NCBI GenBank assembly: GCA_023138875.1
Contig: JAGLOO010000035.1
Coordinates: 1,722-65,721, forward strand
Reading direction: 5' to 3'
DNA from: Bacteroidales bacterium
GTDB lineage: Bacteria > Bacteroidota > Bacteroidia > Bacteroidales > GCA-2748055
Length of the DNA stretch: 64,000 nt
A program made the translations under genes and the position numbers. Of the stretch, positions 20,563 to 29,229 are shown piece after piece. The stretch's first letter is position 1, and each line of letters starts with the position of its first letter. The notes beneath the pieces were generated by a model. It searched no databases, had not been told where the DNA came from, and worked only from the letters and a program-made list of their open reading frames with translations.

Positions 20563-20688
20563 AAAGCAGATTTTGAGAAATATGCAATTAGTGATAGTAA
20601 AATGCTGCGATATGCTGATAGAAGGAGAAAGAAAAAAGAACTAAATGAATATTTAAATCAAGTCTCTAAATTTCGGCAGCAAATATAA
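20563..20688 (+). pseudogene. Remnant of the 3' end of a second AbiEi-like gene
   Basis: The 41-codon open frame KADFEKYAISDSKMLRYADRRRKKKELNEYLNQVSKFRQQI* aligns with the C-terminus of the 18674-19429 product (YSIDFTKLFGYAKRRRKEIEIMGFL...). I counted about 12 of 25 identical residues by eye. Confidence 0.35.
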
Positions 20689-20719
20689 AAATAAACGACT
20701 CTATCTTTGACCTGGAATA

Positions 20720-21262
20720 ATGCGCTTTTACCTGTACATACTCCCTTTTTTGTTGCTGACCGGTATCTGTTTTTGCCTGTCAGGACAGGGCCGGTTTACT
20801 CCCTGTGTGTATATTGAGGCGGGAACCGGGATCAACCTGTCCTATTTTGATGTGGGAGGTGGAAGTCCGGGGGTTTCCATCCAGGGGGGCGTGCTGTATG
20901 ACCTGGATCCGAACTGGCGGCTGGGAGCAAATATCGGAGTTCACCGAACCATGGGTACAGATACAGGGACCTCCGAAGCTGCCAGGGGGTATGCGTTCAG
21001 GGGCAACCTGAATGAAATAACAGCAAAAGGGGTGTATCTGTTCCGGTTCAAACCCTATCCTGCAAAGAAGTGGAAGACAAAACTTGAACCCCGTGCCTGG
21101 GCCATAGCAGAGGACCTATCCCTTTTGATCGAAGCCGGGGGCAATATGTCCACTTCGGATTACCTGGAGGGATTTGCTGACCCCGAAAACTCATTATTCA
21201 CAGATATATTTTTTACCATGCTTATGAAATTTATCTATAAAGTACCGAGGGTATGGAATTAG
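20720..21262 (+). CDS. Hypothetical exported protein (signal peptide; possible outer-membrane beta-barrel fragment)
   Basis: It has an N-terminal hydrophobic signal sequence, and alternating Gly/aromatic beta-strand-like segments in the first half. The C-terminal third has no recognisable motif and overlaps the next gene by 10 nt. Confidence 0.45.
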   Translation: MRFYLYILPFLLLTGICFCLSGQGRFTPCVYIEAGTGINLSYFDVGGGSPGVSIQGGVLYDLDPNWRLGANIGVHRTMGTDTGTSEAARGYAFRGNLNEITAKGVYLFRFKPYPAKKWKTKLEPRAWAIAEDLSLLIEAGGNMSTSDYLEGFADPENSLFTDIFFTMLMKFIYKVPRVWN

Positions 21263-22479
21263 ATCTGAAATATGGTTCCTCAGAGGTTTCACTTTCCATT
21301 CCATCGAAGGCTGTTGACCTGGTCCATTCCGAACCACCCCTTACAGTTGATTCTGAGAAGTTCAAACAGGATCTGCACTCCTTCCTCCATATGTGGGAAA
21401 AACGCATCAGCAGTGTGGGCATTGTGGTGAGTGACAAGACCCGGCTCTGTCAGTACCCGGTATACCTGCCGTTGCTGACAGAGGTTCTTTCGGAGTTTGG
21501 TGTGGATGAGAAGGACATCACCTTTTACATTGCATATGGAACCCATCCTGTCCAGACCAAGGAGGAGTGCCTCAACAGTTATGGAGAGACTTACAACCGG
21601 TTCAGATTTGTGCACCATAACAGCAAAGCGGACGACAGGCTTATTTCCCTGGGGACTACCGTCCGGGGAACCGGAGTAAAGATCCTGAAGGAAGTATTGG
21701 ACCACGATCTGCTGATCACTTTCGGGGCCGTTTTACACCACTATTTTGCCGGATTTGGAGGCGGTCGCAAGCTCCTGGTACCTGGTCTGGGGGGCTATGA
21801 AACCATCCTGCAGAACCACCAGCTGTTCCTTGATTTTGAAAACAGAAAACTGAGAGAGGGGTGTCAGTCGGGGAACCTGGACGACAATCCCCTTGCCCTG
21901 GACCTGGAAGAGATCAATACCCTTCTGCCCAAACGACTGGAGATCCATGCCATCCTCAACAGCCGGAAAGAAGTATGTGAGATCCATTTCGGAACCGGGT
22001 ATGACGATTTCAGGGATACCTGTGACCGGTACGACCTCTTCTTCAGATCGTCAGAGGAGAGGCAGTATGACATGGTGGTGGCCAGCGCAGGCGGTTATCC
22101 AAAGGACATTAATTTTATTCAGGCCCATAAATCCATTCATAACGCAGCCTCTTTTGTAAAGAACAATGGAACATTGATCATCTTTGCTGAGTGCAGGGAC
22201 GGGATCGGGAACCAGGCTTTTATGAACCTGTTTAAACTGGGGGGATGGGACCGGATCTTTGAGAAGATGGCATCAAGGTATGAAAACAATGCCGGTACGG
22301 CCCTGGCCATGATTCATAAATCCCGCCGGATAAAAATACATTTTGTGACTTCATTTGATAAAGAGACCTGCAACCTGATGGGGGCCGTTAAAACCTCCCC
22401 TGAGCAGGCGCAGCAATTAATTACCGATGAAACGGGTGATATGGCTTTAATTGAAAATGCAAGTCTGGTGTACAAATAG
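21253..22479 (+). CDS. LarA-like (lactate racemase N-terminal domain / DUF2088) protein
   Basis: Motifs VSDKTR, AYGTH......E and HHYFAGFGGGRKLLVPG match the conserved LarA N-domain blocks. Confidence 0.7.
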   Translation: MELDLKYGSSEVSLSIPSKAVDLVHSEPPLTVDSEKFKQDLHSFLHMWEKRISSVGIVVSDKTRLCQYPVYLPLLTEVLSEFGVDEKDITFYIAYGTHPVQTKEECLNSYGETYNRFRFVHHNSKADDRLISLGTTVRGTGVKILKEVLDHDLLITFGAVLHHYFAGFGGGRKLLVPGLGGYETILQNHQLFLDFENRKLREGCQSGNLDDNPLALDLEEINTLLPKRLEIHAILNSRKEVCEIHFGTGYDDFRDTCDRYDLFFRSSEERQYDMVVASAGGYPKDINFIQAHKSIHNAASFVKNNGTLIIFAECRDGIGNQAFMNLFKLGGWDRIFEKMASRYENNAGTALAMIHKSRRIKIHFVTSFDKETCNLMGAVKTSPEQAQQLITDETGDMALIENASLVYK

Positions 22480-22492
22480 AATGACTTTACAG

Positions 22493-24145
22493 ATGAAGAG
22501 GATCTATTTCATAGTGGTGATATCCGGGCTCTGGCTGGGCGGAGCGCTTCCATTATTCTCCCAGTATGTGCCCACCCATATTACCAATGAGGGGATCTAC
22601 CTCTTCCTGGATGAGCTGGCCACTAAAAAGGTTATTGATCTGTGTTCCCTGGTCAAACCCTATTCACGGCAAACCATTGCTGAGAAACTCCGGAAAGCTG
22701 ATTCTCTTCGGACGGGGCTCTCTTCCAGGCAACAGTCCGAACTTGACTTCTACCTGAAGGATTATATGAAGGAATTACCCGGGCCGGATCCGCATGTCCG
22801 CGCCACCAGCTGGTTCTGGCAGAAGAACCATGGCAACAAACGATTCGATGTATTCCATTACCGTGACTCCCTTTTTCAGATCACTGTCAACCCGATCCTG
22901 GGTTCGGATGTATGGGTGAATTCCAACGGATCATTTTATCACTGGTGGAACGGTGTGGAGGCGTGGTCCTGTGCCGGCAGGTTTGGAATCTGGGCCTCGC
23001 TCAGGGACAACCATGAATCGGTGGAGCTGACCGCAAGGGATTTCCAGAATCAACGGACCGGGGGTTCAAATTTCAAAATATTCTCGGGAGGGAAACGGGA
23101 CTACTGGGAACTCAGGGGAGGTATTACTTATGCGTGGGACTGGGGACATGTGGGACTGATCATGGGACAGTTTGCCTGGGGGGAAAACAATGCAGGATCC
23201 AATATCTATTCGGGCCGTACACCTGCCTTCCCCAGGATTGAACTATCCATGGATCCTGTCGACTGGTTCAGGTTTACTTATGTGCACGGGGCCCTCATCT
23301 CTGAAGTGGTGGATTCATCATTATCCTTCTACACCACAACTGCATATGGAACTGACTACAGGGAGGTATACCATCCTAAATATCTGGCAGCCAATTTATT
23401 CACCTTCATTCCGTGGACAGGACTACAGCTTTCTGTCGGGAATTCCGTGGTATACGACTACCGGCATCCCCATGCCGCATTCTTATTACCTGTGGCGTTT
23501 TACAAAGCCATCGATCACACACTGAATGCCAGGATCGACAACATGAATTCCCAGCTGTTCCTGTCTGTTTCATCCCGGAACCTCCGGGACTTTCATTTCT
23601 ACGGAACTGTTTTTCTCGATGAAGTGGCAGTTGACAGGATCTTTGACAGGCAGGAGTTCAACTTTGTCTCATATAAAGCCGGACTGGCCACCACCATCCT
23701 GCCCGATGCAAGGATCGTGGCTGAGTATACCTGGACAAATGCGCTCACATTTATGCATAATATTCCAACCACCACCTTCGAATCAAACCAATACAATCTG
23801 GGACACTACCTGGAGGACAATGCAAAGGACCTTTATGTGGGCATAGCATACCGTCCATTCAGAACCCTGAATATTAAATCTTATATAAATCACGCTGTGA
23901 AGGGTCCGGACCATACCGAAATGGGTACGGACCGGCTGGGTATTGTTCCTTTTGATCCCATTGTCTGGAAATCGGTCCGGTTCGGACTCCTTGCTAACCT
24001 GCAGGTGATCAATGACCTCTGCATCCGGCTGGGCTATGAATGGCGGGATGTGACAGGGGAGCAGGAGTACCTGGACCGGTGGACCCCGGAGGTATACCAC
24101 GGGCAAACGGGTACAGTAAGGATCGGGGTGAATTTCGGCTTTTAA
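22493..24145 (+). CDS. wzi: Capsule-assembly Wzi-family outer-membrane protein (candidate)
   Basis: A signal peptide is followed by EGIYLFLDELATKKVIDL..LVKPYSRQTIAEKL, the N-terminal helical motif I associate with Bacteroidota Wzi-like proteins. The rest is long and Tyr/Trp/Gly rich like a beta-barrel. I chose the start MKRIYF at 22493 over the track's TTG at 22451, which overlaps the previous gene. Confidence 0.55.
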   Translation: MKRIYFIVVISGLWLGGALPLFSQYVPTHITNEGIYLFLDELATKKVIDLCSLVKPYSRQTIAEKLRKADSLRTGLSSRQQSELDFYLKDYMKELPGPDPHVRATSWFWQKNHGNKRFDVFHYRDSLFQITVNPILGSDVWVNSNGSFYHWWNGVEAWSCAGRFGIWASLRDNHESVELTARDFQNQRTGGSNFKIFSGGKRDYWELRGGITYAWDWGHVGLIMGQFAWGENNAGSNIYSGRTPAFPRIELSMDPVDWFRFTYVHGALISEVVDSSLSFYTTTAYGTDYREVYHPKYLAANLFTFIPWTGLQLSVGNSVVYDYRHPHAAFLLPVAFYKAIDHTLNARIDNMNSQLFLSVSSRNLRDFHFYGTVFLDEVAVDRIFDRQEFNFVSYKAGLATTILPDARIVAEYTWTNALTFMHNIPTTTFESNQYNLGHYLEDNAKDLYVGIAYRPFRTLNIKSYINHAVKGPDHTEMGTDRLGIVPFDPIVWKSVRFGLLANLQVINDLCIRLGYEWRDVTGEQEYLDRWTPEVYHGQTGTVRIGVNFGF

Positions 24146-24200
24146 CTTTCACTTATTACAGCTATCTTTAATTAGAAATCACAATCAGACATTGAACAGG

Positions 24201-24797
24201 ATGGCAAAGAACATTTATCCCGTTTTCGACAGGATCTATGACAGGAAAGTGAAAGAGGAGATCCTTCGACAGAGCGCCAAGGTCATATGGTTTACAGGAC
24301 TCTCCAGCTCGGGTAAAACCACACTGGCTGCGAACCTTGAGAAGGAGTTGTTTTTCAGAAGGTTCTTCTGCCATGTGCTGGATGGAGATAATATCCGTAT
24401 GGGGATCAATAATAACCTGGGATTCAGCGAAGAGGACCGCATGGAGAACATCAGGCGGATTGCTGAAGCTTCCAAACTGCTGATCAATACCGGTATGATC
24501 ACCATCTGTTCATTCATCAGTCCGACCAACGCAATCAGGAGCCTTGCCCGCAAGATCATTGGAGAGGATGATTTCATTGAAATCTTCCTGAATCCACCCC
24601 TGGAAGTGTGTGAAAATCGGGATACAAAAGGGCTTTATAAGAAAGCCCGGGCCGGGCTCATCCAGGATTTTACCGGTATCTCCTCCCCTTTCGAAGCTCC
24701 GGAGAACCCGGACCTGGAGATCGATACATCTACCATAAGCATCAAAGATTCGGTGGATCTGATCTTCAATAAGATTATTGACCGGATTACGTTGTGA
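24201..24797 (+). CDS. cysC: Adenylyl-sulfate (APS) kinase
   Basis: It has the P-loop FTGLSSSGKTTLA plus LDGDNIR.G.N..LGFS..DR.ENIRR. The start is moved to the first ATG (24201). Confidence 0.9.
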   Translation: MAKNIYPVFDRIYDRKVKEEILRQSAKVIWFTGLSSSGKTTLAANLEKELFFRRFFCHVLDGDNIRMGINNNLGFSEEDRMENIRRIAEASKLLINTGMITICSFISPTNAIRSLARKIIGEDDFIEIFLNPPLEVCENRDTKGLYKKARAGLIQDFTGISSPFEAPENPDLEIDTSTISIKDSVDLIFNKIIDRITL

Positions 24798-24806
24798 TAA
24801 GTTTCC

Positions 24807-26147
24807 TTACCTCTGATCATCCCAGATCAGGGTTACATCGCCCCGGAGCTTGAATTCTTCTCCATTTTCCCGGATTCCTTCAGCCATCCAGACGTAAACT
24901 CCGCCTGCTGACCGCTCCTGAAGTATATATCCGTCCCAACCCTTATAAATATCCCTTGTTTCATAGACGAGTTCACCCCTTCTGGTATAGATCCTCAGGT
25001 TGTATTCCCTGGGAACATCTTCAAAAACAGGGTGGAACAGATCAATGCGTTTTTCGTGGGGGCTATAGCTGCCGCCTCCCGGACCTGTGGGATTTGGACT
25101 AAAAGCAGTTGGGAATCTGAGAGTGGTGGCAGAACCCTGATAAACCGGAATTACCTGGATTGAAGAATCGGTGCAAGCAAATCCGGTGGTGGCCACCAGT
25201 CTGAGGTATGTAGCATCTTGATTAATATCAGAAAGTTTAATTGAAGGTTGAAATTCGTTTGATGACCAATTGCTGCAAATGATATTGCTCTTTCCGATTA
25301 AACTCCACGAAAATGAAAATGCTCCAGCTGAGTAGTTGAGGAGGTTCAGCTCTTCAACACCATCGATGCTTTCTAATCCTTCTTCAATTTCAAATTCAGC
25401 CACCGGAGAGGGATATACTTCAATGATCTGATGATACGATGAAGTTTGACCTTTTGCATTGTCCGCAGTCAGTGTAACTGCGTATTTACCGGGTTCCTTA
25501 AATATATAAACAGGGTCCTTCATCAGAATTCTTTCACTTTTTCCGAAAGACCAATGAAAGGATTCTTCGTTTACGCTCTGGTTAAAGAACTGTACTGTTA
25601 AGGGAGCACAGCCGGATTGAACTGAACATGTAAAGTAGGTGATCAGGGTGTTGTAAGCCATCTCTTCCTGAACCACGTCCATGGATCTGTCATCATCAGT
25701 GATGATTTCAATTTCTTCCGGATCAGATACCTTGCTGTTTTCGGATTGTTCCGCAACATGCCCGGGTACACCGTTGGCAGACTTTTGCCTCTCCGGCGCT
25801 GAACCGATCTTCTTATCATTCACATCACCCTGATCATTTTCTGCGATCTCAACGGCTGACTCCTTACCCTGATCAGTAATGATCCCGGGGTGACCGGATT
25901 CAGGTTCCGGGGCCCGGACCACTCCTCCACTATCCGGTCTGTTCGTGGTAATCAGCGCGATCAATCCGGCACCAATGATCAGCAATCCTCCAACGTAGAA
26001 AATATTGAGTTTCCGCGGATTAAAGCGATTAAACTGCCTCCAGCGAAGTTTTCGATCTATTTTCTTCCATGAATCCGGAGAAGGCGTCATTTCCGCCTCT
26101 CCAAGTTTGGTGCTGAAGAGTTGTTCTATGTTGAGTTTGTCACTCAT
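24807..26147 (-). CDS. Membrane-anchored anti-sigma-like protein with PKD domain and T9SS type B C-terminal sorting domain
   Basis: Its start overlaps the upstream ECF sigma stop by 4 nt. The N-terminus (..P.PDSWKKI.. then the TM segment IFYVGGLLIIGAGLIALI) parallels the ECF-linked protein at 57112-57657. The middle holds a PKD-like block (CAPLTVQFFNQS...WSFG..). The last 102 aa (24810-25115) are FPTAFSPNPTGPGGG...YNLRIYTRRGELVYE....KGWDGY.....AGGVYVW.....NG......GDVTLIW, paralogous to the giant protein's CTD. Confidence 0.8.
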   Translation of the reverse strand: MSDKLNIEQLFSTKLGEAEMTPSPDSWKKIDRKLRWRQFNRFNPRKLNIFYVGGLLIIGAGLIALITTNRPDSGGVVRAPEPESGHPGIITDQGKESAVEIAENDQGDVNDKKIGSAPERQKSANGVPGHVAEQSENSKVSDPEEIEIITDDDRSMDVVQEEMAYNTLITYFTCSVQSGCAPLTVQFFNQSVNEESFHWSFGKSERILMKDPVYIFKEPGKYAVTLTADNAKGQTSSYHQIIEVYPSPVAEFEIEEGLESIDGVEELNLLNYSAGAFSFSWSLIGKSNIICSNWSSNEFQPSIKLSDINQDATYLRLVATTGFACTDSSIQVIPVYQGSATTLRFPTAFSPNPTGPGGGSYSPHEKRIDLFHPVFEDVPREYNLRIYTRRGELVYETRDIYKGWDGYILQERSAGGVYVWMAEGIRENGEEFKLRGDVTLIWDDQR

Positions 26148-26698
26148 TGTGGTGAAGTTTCACTTGCTTTTAGTTTAATCAACCGTTCCTGAAGCCAGCG
26201 TCTGGCTCTGCTGTATTGTGATTTGCTCGTATTCTCATCTATTTTAAGGATCTCTGCAATCTCCCGGTGTTTGTATCCTTCAACCGCATAGAGGCTAAAA
26301 ACCATCCTGTAACCGTCTGGCATCTGCCGGATCACATTAAACAGCTCCTCCTTGCTAAAATCGGCTTCACCCCAATATGTCTCCTCAAATCTGAACTCTT
26401 TGATGTCATCGATATCGTCGTGGTACCGATGTTTTCGCATCTTGTGATAATGGGTGATCGCTGTATTAATCATGATCCTGCGCATCCAGGCCAGCAAAGA
26501 GCCATCTCCCTTGAAATCCTTAATATTCAGGAAGATCTTCACAAAACCTTCCTGCATGATATCTTCAGCTTCTTCTATACTCTGGGCATAACGATTACAA
26601 ACAGCCAACAGCAACCGGGAATAGGTCTCAAACAGCTTCCGCTGGGCTGTATGTTTGCCTTTCTTGCATCCCGCAAGTATGTCCTTATCACCGTTCAT
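26144..26698 (-). CDS. ECF-type RNA polymerase sigma-70 family factor
   Basis: Region 2 reads AEDIMQEGFVKIF......F.G.GSLLAWMRRIMINTAI. Region 4 reads PDGYRMVFSLYAVEGYKHREIAEILKIDENTSKSQYSRARRWL. Confidence 0.9.
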   Translation of the reverse strand: MNGDKDILAGCKKGKHTAQRKLFETYSRLLLAVCNRYAQSIEEAEDIMQEGFVKIFLNIKDFKGDGSLLAWMRRIMINTAITHYHKMRKHRYHDDIDDIKEFRFEETYWGEADFSKEELFNVIRQMPDGYRMVFSLYAVEGYKHREIAEILKIDENTSKSQYSRARRWLQERLIKLKASETSPQ

Positions 26699-26748
26699 CC
26701 GTTGGTTCAGTATTTAAGACCAGTGGTTATGCGGATTGGTTGCACCAT

Positions 26749-27543
26749 TTATCTTACAACAAAATAGGGATTCAGCAGGTTCTCCTTGTTGTATTCCATC
26801 TCTTCACCCGTATCCACCCGGAACACATTTTTGCCGGCAGCTTTCACAACAGCATGGGCAGCTGCAGTATCCCATTCCATGGTGGGTCCGAGGCGTGGGT
26901 AAACTTCGGCATCTCCCGAGGCCACCATGCATAACTTCAGGGAACTGCCCTTGTTTACCAGTGATAGCTCTTTTCCTCCCTTGTCCAACGCGTTAACAAA
27001 AGCTTCGGTCTCTTCGTTGTAGTGGGACCGGCTTGCCACCACCCTGAAAAACCGGTTATCCTCGTTTTCGCGGGGCAACTTTTCTGAGAACTGGAGCAGG
27101 TAATCCAGGGGCTGATTAAAATTCTTCTCCTTGCTGCACAGGTATGCCCCCCTTCCGGAAATACCCACGTACAGATTGTTCAGTACAGGGGCAAAGACCA
27201 CCCCGAACAGCGGTTTCCCCTCCTCCACAAGGGCAATATTCACGGTGAATTCGCCATTGCGTTTGATAAATTCTTTGGTCCCGTCCAGCGGATCCACCAG
27301 CCAGAATTTCGTCCACATTTTCCGCTCTGCGTAGGGAATGCTTTTTCCTTCTTCACTTAAGACAGGAATCCCGGTCTTCATCAGAGCATCGGCTATGATC
27401 TCATGAGCTCTCCTGTCCGCGATGGTCAGGGGTGAATCATCGGCCTTGGATTCGATCCCAAAATCCTCCCCTCCGTATACCTCCATGATAGCCTTTCCAG
27501 CTTTAACGGCTGCCTGAATGGCATGGGCATAGTTGTTTTTCAT
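26749..27543 (-). CDS. cysQ: 3'(2'),5'-bisphosphate nucleotidase
   Basis: Inositol-monophosphatase fold motifs are present: SEE...., WLVDPLDGTKEF and WDTAAAHAV. Confidence 0.85.
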   Translation of the reverse strand: MKNNYAHAIQAAVKAGKAIMEVYGGEDFGIESKADDSPLTIADRRAHEIIADALMKTGIPVLSEEGKSIPYAERKMWTKFWLVDPLDGTKEFIKRNGEFTVNIALVEEGKPLFGVVFAPVLNNLYVGISGRGAYLCSKEKNFNQPLDYLLQFSEKLPRENEDNRFFRVVASRSHYNEETEAFVNALDKGGKELSLVNKGSSLKLCMVASGDAEVYPRLGPTMEWDTAAAHAVVKAAGKNVFRVDTGEEMEYNKENLLNPYFVVR

Positions 27544-27666
27544 GAATACGAAGATATTAAATATAAACTTTGGCCGGTTACACCTTTCATCTGCAACCTT
27601 ACTTCATCTCTCTTTTGTCTTTATTATTAAGAAATTCTTTCTAATTTCACGCGATAACACTGACCT

Positions 27667-29190
27667 ATGAAACGCCCCAAGGCCGGACTCATTATTATCG
27701 ACCTGATTATTCTCTCAGGGGCATATATATTTACAGCCGGCCTTAAGCCGGTAATGGCTTCCTACCTCTCCCCAAAATACCTCATAGGTTTTGGGATTAC
27801 AATGGTACTGTGGGTGATCTGTTCGTTCTATTTTAAAAAGTACCACATCTCGAGAAGGGAGAAAGCAACTTTCCTGATCCGGAATGTTGCCTACCCGAAC
27901 CTCATCGCACTGGCATTTGTGGCTTTTATCATCTATGCTTTCAATACCACCTATTTTTCCAGGATGATGGTATTCGGCACCTTTGGTGTAGCCACCGTGT
28001 TAGAGATGATCTTCCTGAGTTTGTATACTTACCTGCTTGTTTCCCCGGAATACGATGTGGCCTCGGCTTTCCTTGATATGCCTCCGACAACCCGGGATAA
28101 GCGAAAGATGAAAGAAGCTGTGATACACAGCGATCTGCATGTTGAGGCGAAGTACCTGCGGGAAGCAATCATCGAGGAGTGCGGAGAAAAAGCGGATGCA
28201 TACATCGAGGATCATGTGAACCTGGAGGATAAAAGGACACTGGTTATTTCCACCCTCACACGGTTTAATATCCTGCGCCAACCTGAGAATCATTTTGAAA
28301 CCATTGTCAACCTGCGAAGGATCAATGACATCCAGCACCTGAATAGGTTTTTTGAGGCGGTGAACCACAAGCTTCCGCATGAGGGTAGGTTTATCGGGTG
28401 CGCAGAAACAGCCAGACAGCGATTGCGCAGGATCCTCCGGAAATATCCGCCGGTCATCAACTGGATCATTTACACGCTTGATTATATTGTGAAAAGGATT
28501 TTTCCAAAATTTTACCCTACAAGATGGATCTACTTTTTCCTTACCCGCGGAAACAACAGGGTCCTTACACAGGCAGAAATACTGGGACGCCTTTATGCCT
28601 GTGGATTTGAAGTTACGCAAGAGAATTTTGTAAACGGTTTGTACTTTTTCGTAACAAAACGGATCAAGGAACCGGCATTTGACATCAATCCTACCTATGG
28701 TCCCTTTATCAAGCTGAAAAGGGTGGGCAAAGGAGGAGAATACATCAAGGTCTATAAGCTGCGAACAATGTACCCCTATGCGGAATACCTGCAGGATTAT
28801 GTCCATAAACTCAACAGCCTGGAGAACGGCGGAAAATTCAAAAATGATTTCAGGGTTGCACGCTCACGCTCTTTTCTCCGCAGGTTATGGATTGATGAAC
28901 TACCCATGATCCTCAACCTCTTTCGCGGTGACCTGAAACTGGTTGGGGTGCGCCCGTTGAGTCAGCACTATTTTGACCTCTATTCCAAAGAGCTCCAGGA
29001 AAAACGCACGAAGTACAAGCCGGGGCTGATCCCTCCCTTCTACGCCGATCTTCCGGAAACCCTGGAAGAGATCCAGGAATCTGAAATGCGCTACCTGGAT
29101 TCTTTTGAAAAAAGACCTTTTCGCACCCAGTGGAAATACTTCTGGAAAGCTCTGAAGAATATTCTCTTTAAGAAGGTGCGATCCGCATAA
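27667..29190 (+). CDS. Initiating polyprenyl-phosphate sugar transferase (bacterial sugar transferase family)
   Basis: The N-terminus has multiple TM helices. The C-terminal block is KFKNDFRV.....LRRLWIDELPMILNLFRGDLKLVGVRP. Confidence 0.85.
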   Translation: MKRPKAGLIIIDLIILSGAYIFTAGLKPVMASYLSPKYLIGFGITMVLWVICSFYFKKYHISRREKATFLIRNVAYPNLIALAFVAFIIYAFNTTYFSRMMVFGTFGVATVLEMIFLSLYTYLLVSPEYDVASAFLDMPPTTRDKRKMKEAVIHSDLHVEAKYLREAIIEECGEKADAYIEDHVNLEDKRTLVISTLTRFNILRQPENHFETIVNLRRINDIQHLNRFFEAVNHKLPHEGRFIGCAETARQRLRRILRKYPPVINWIIYTLDYIVKRIFPKFYPTRWIYFFLTRGNNRVLTQAEILGRLYACGFEVTQENFVNGLYFFVTKRIKEPAFDINPTYGPFIKLKRVGKGGEYIKVYKLRTMYPYAEYLQDYVHKLNSLENGGKFKNDFRVARSRSFLRRLWIDELPMILNLFRGDLKLVGVRPLSQHYFDLYSKELQEKRTKYKPGLIPPFYADLPETLEEIQESEMRYLDSFEKRPFRTQWKYFWKALKNILFKKVRSA

Positions 29191-29229
29191 GCGATAATAT
29201 CAGTATATTCACCAAAATCCTGATTTGAG

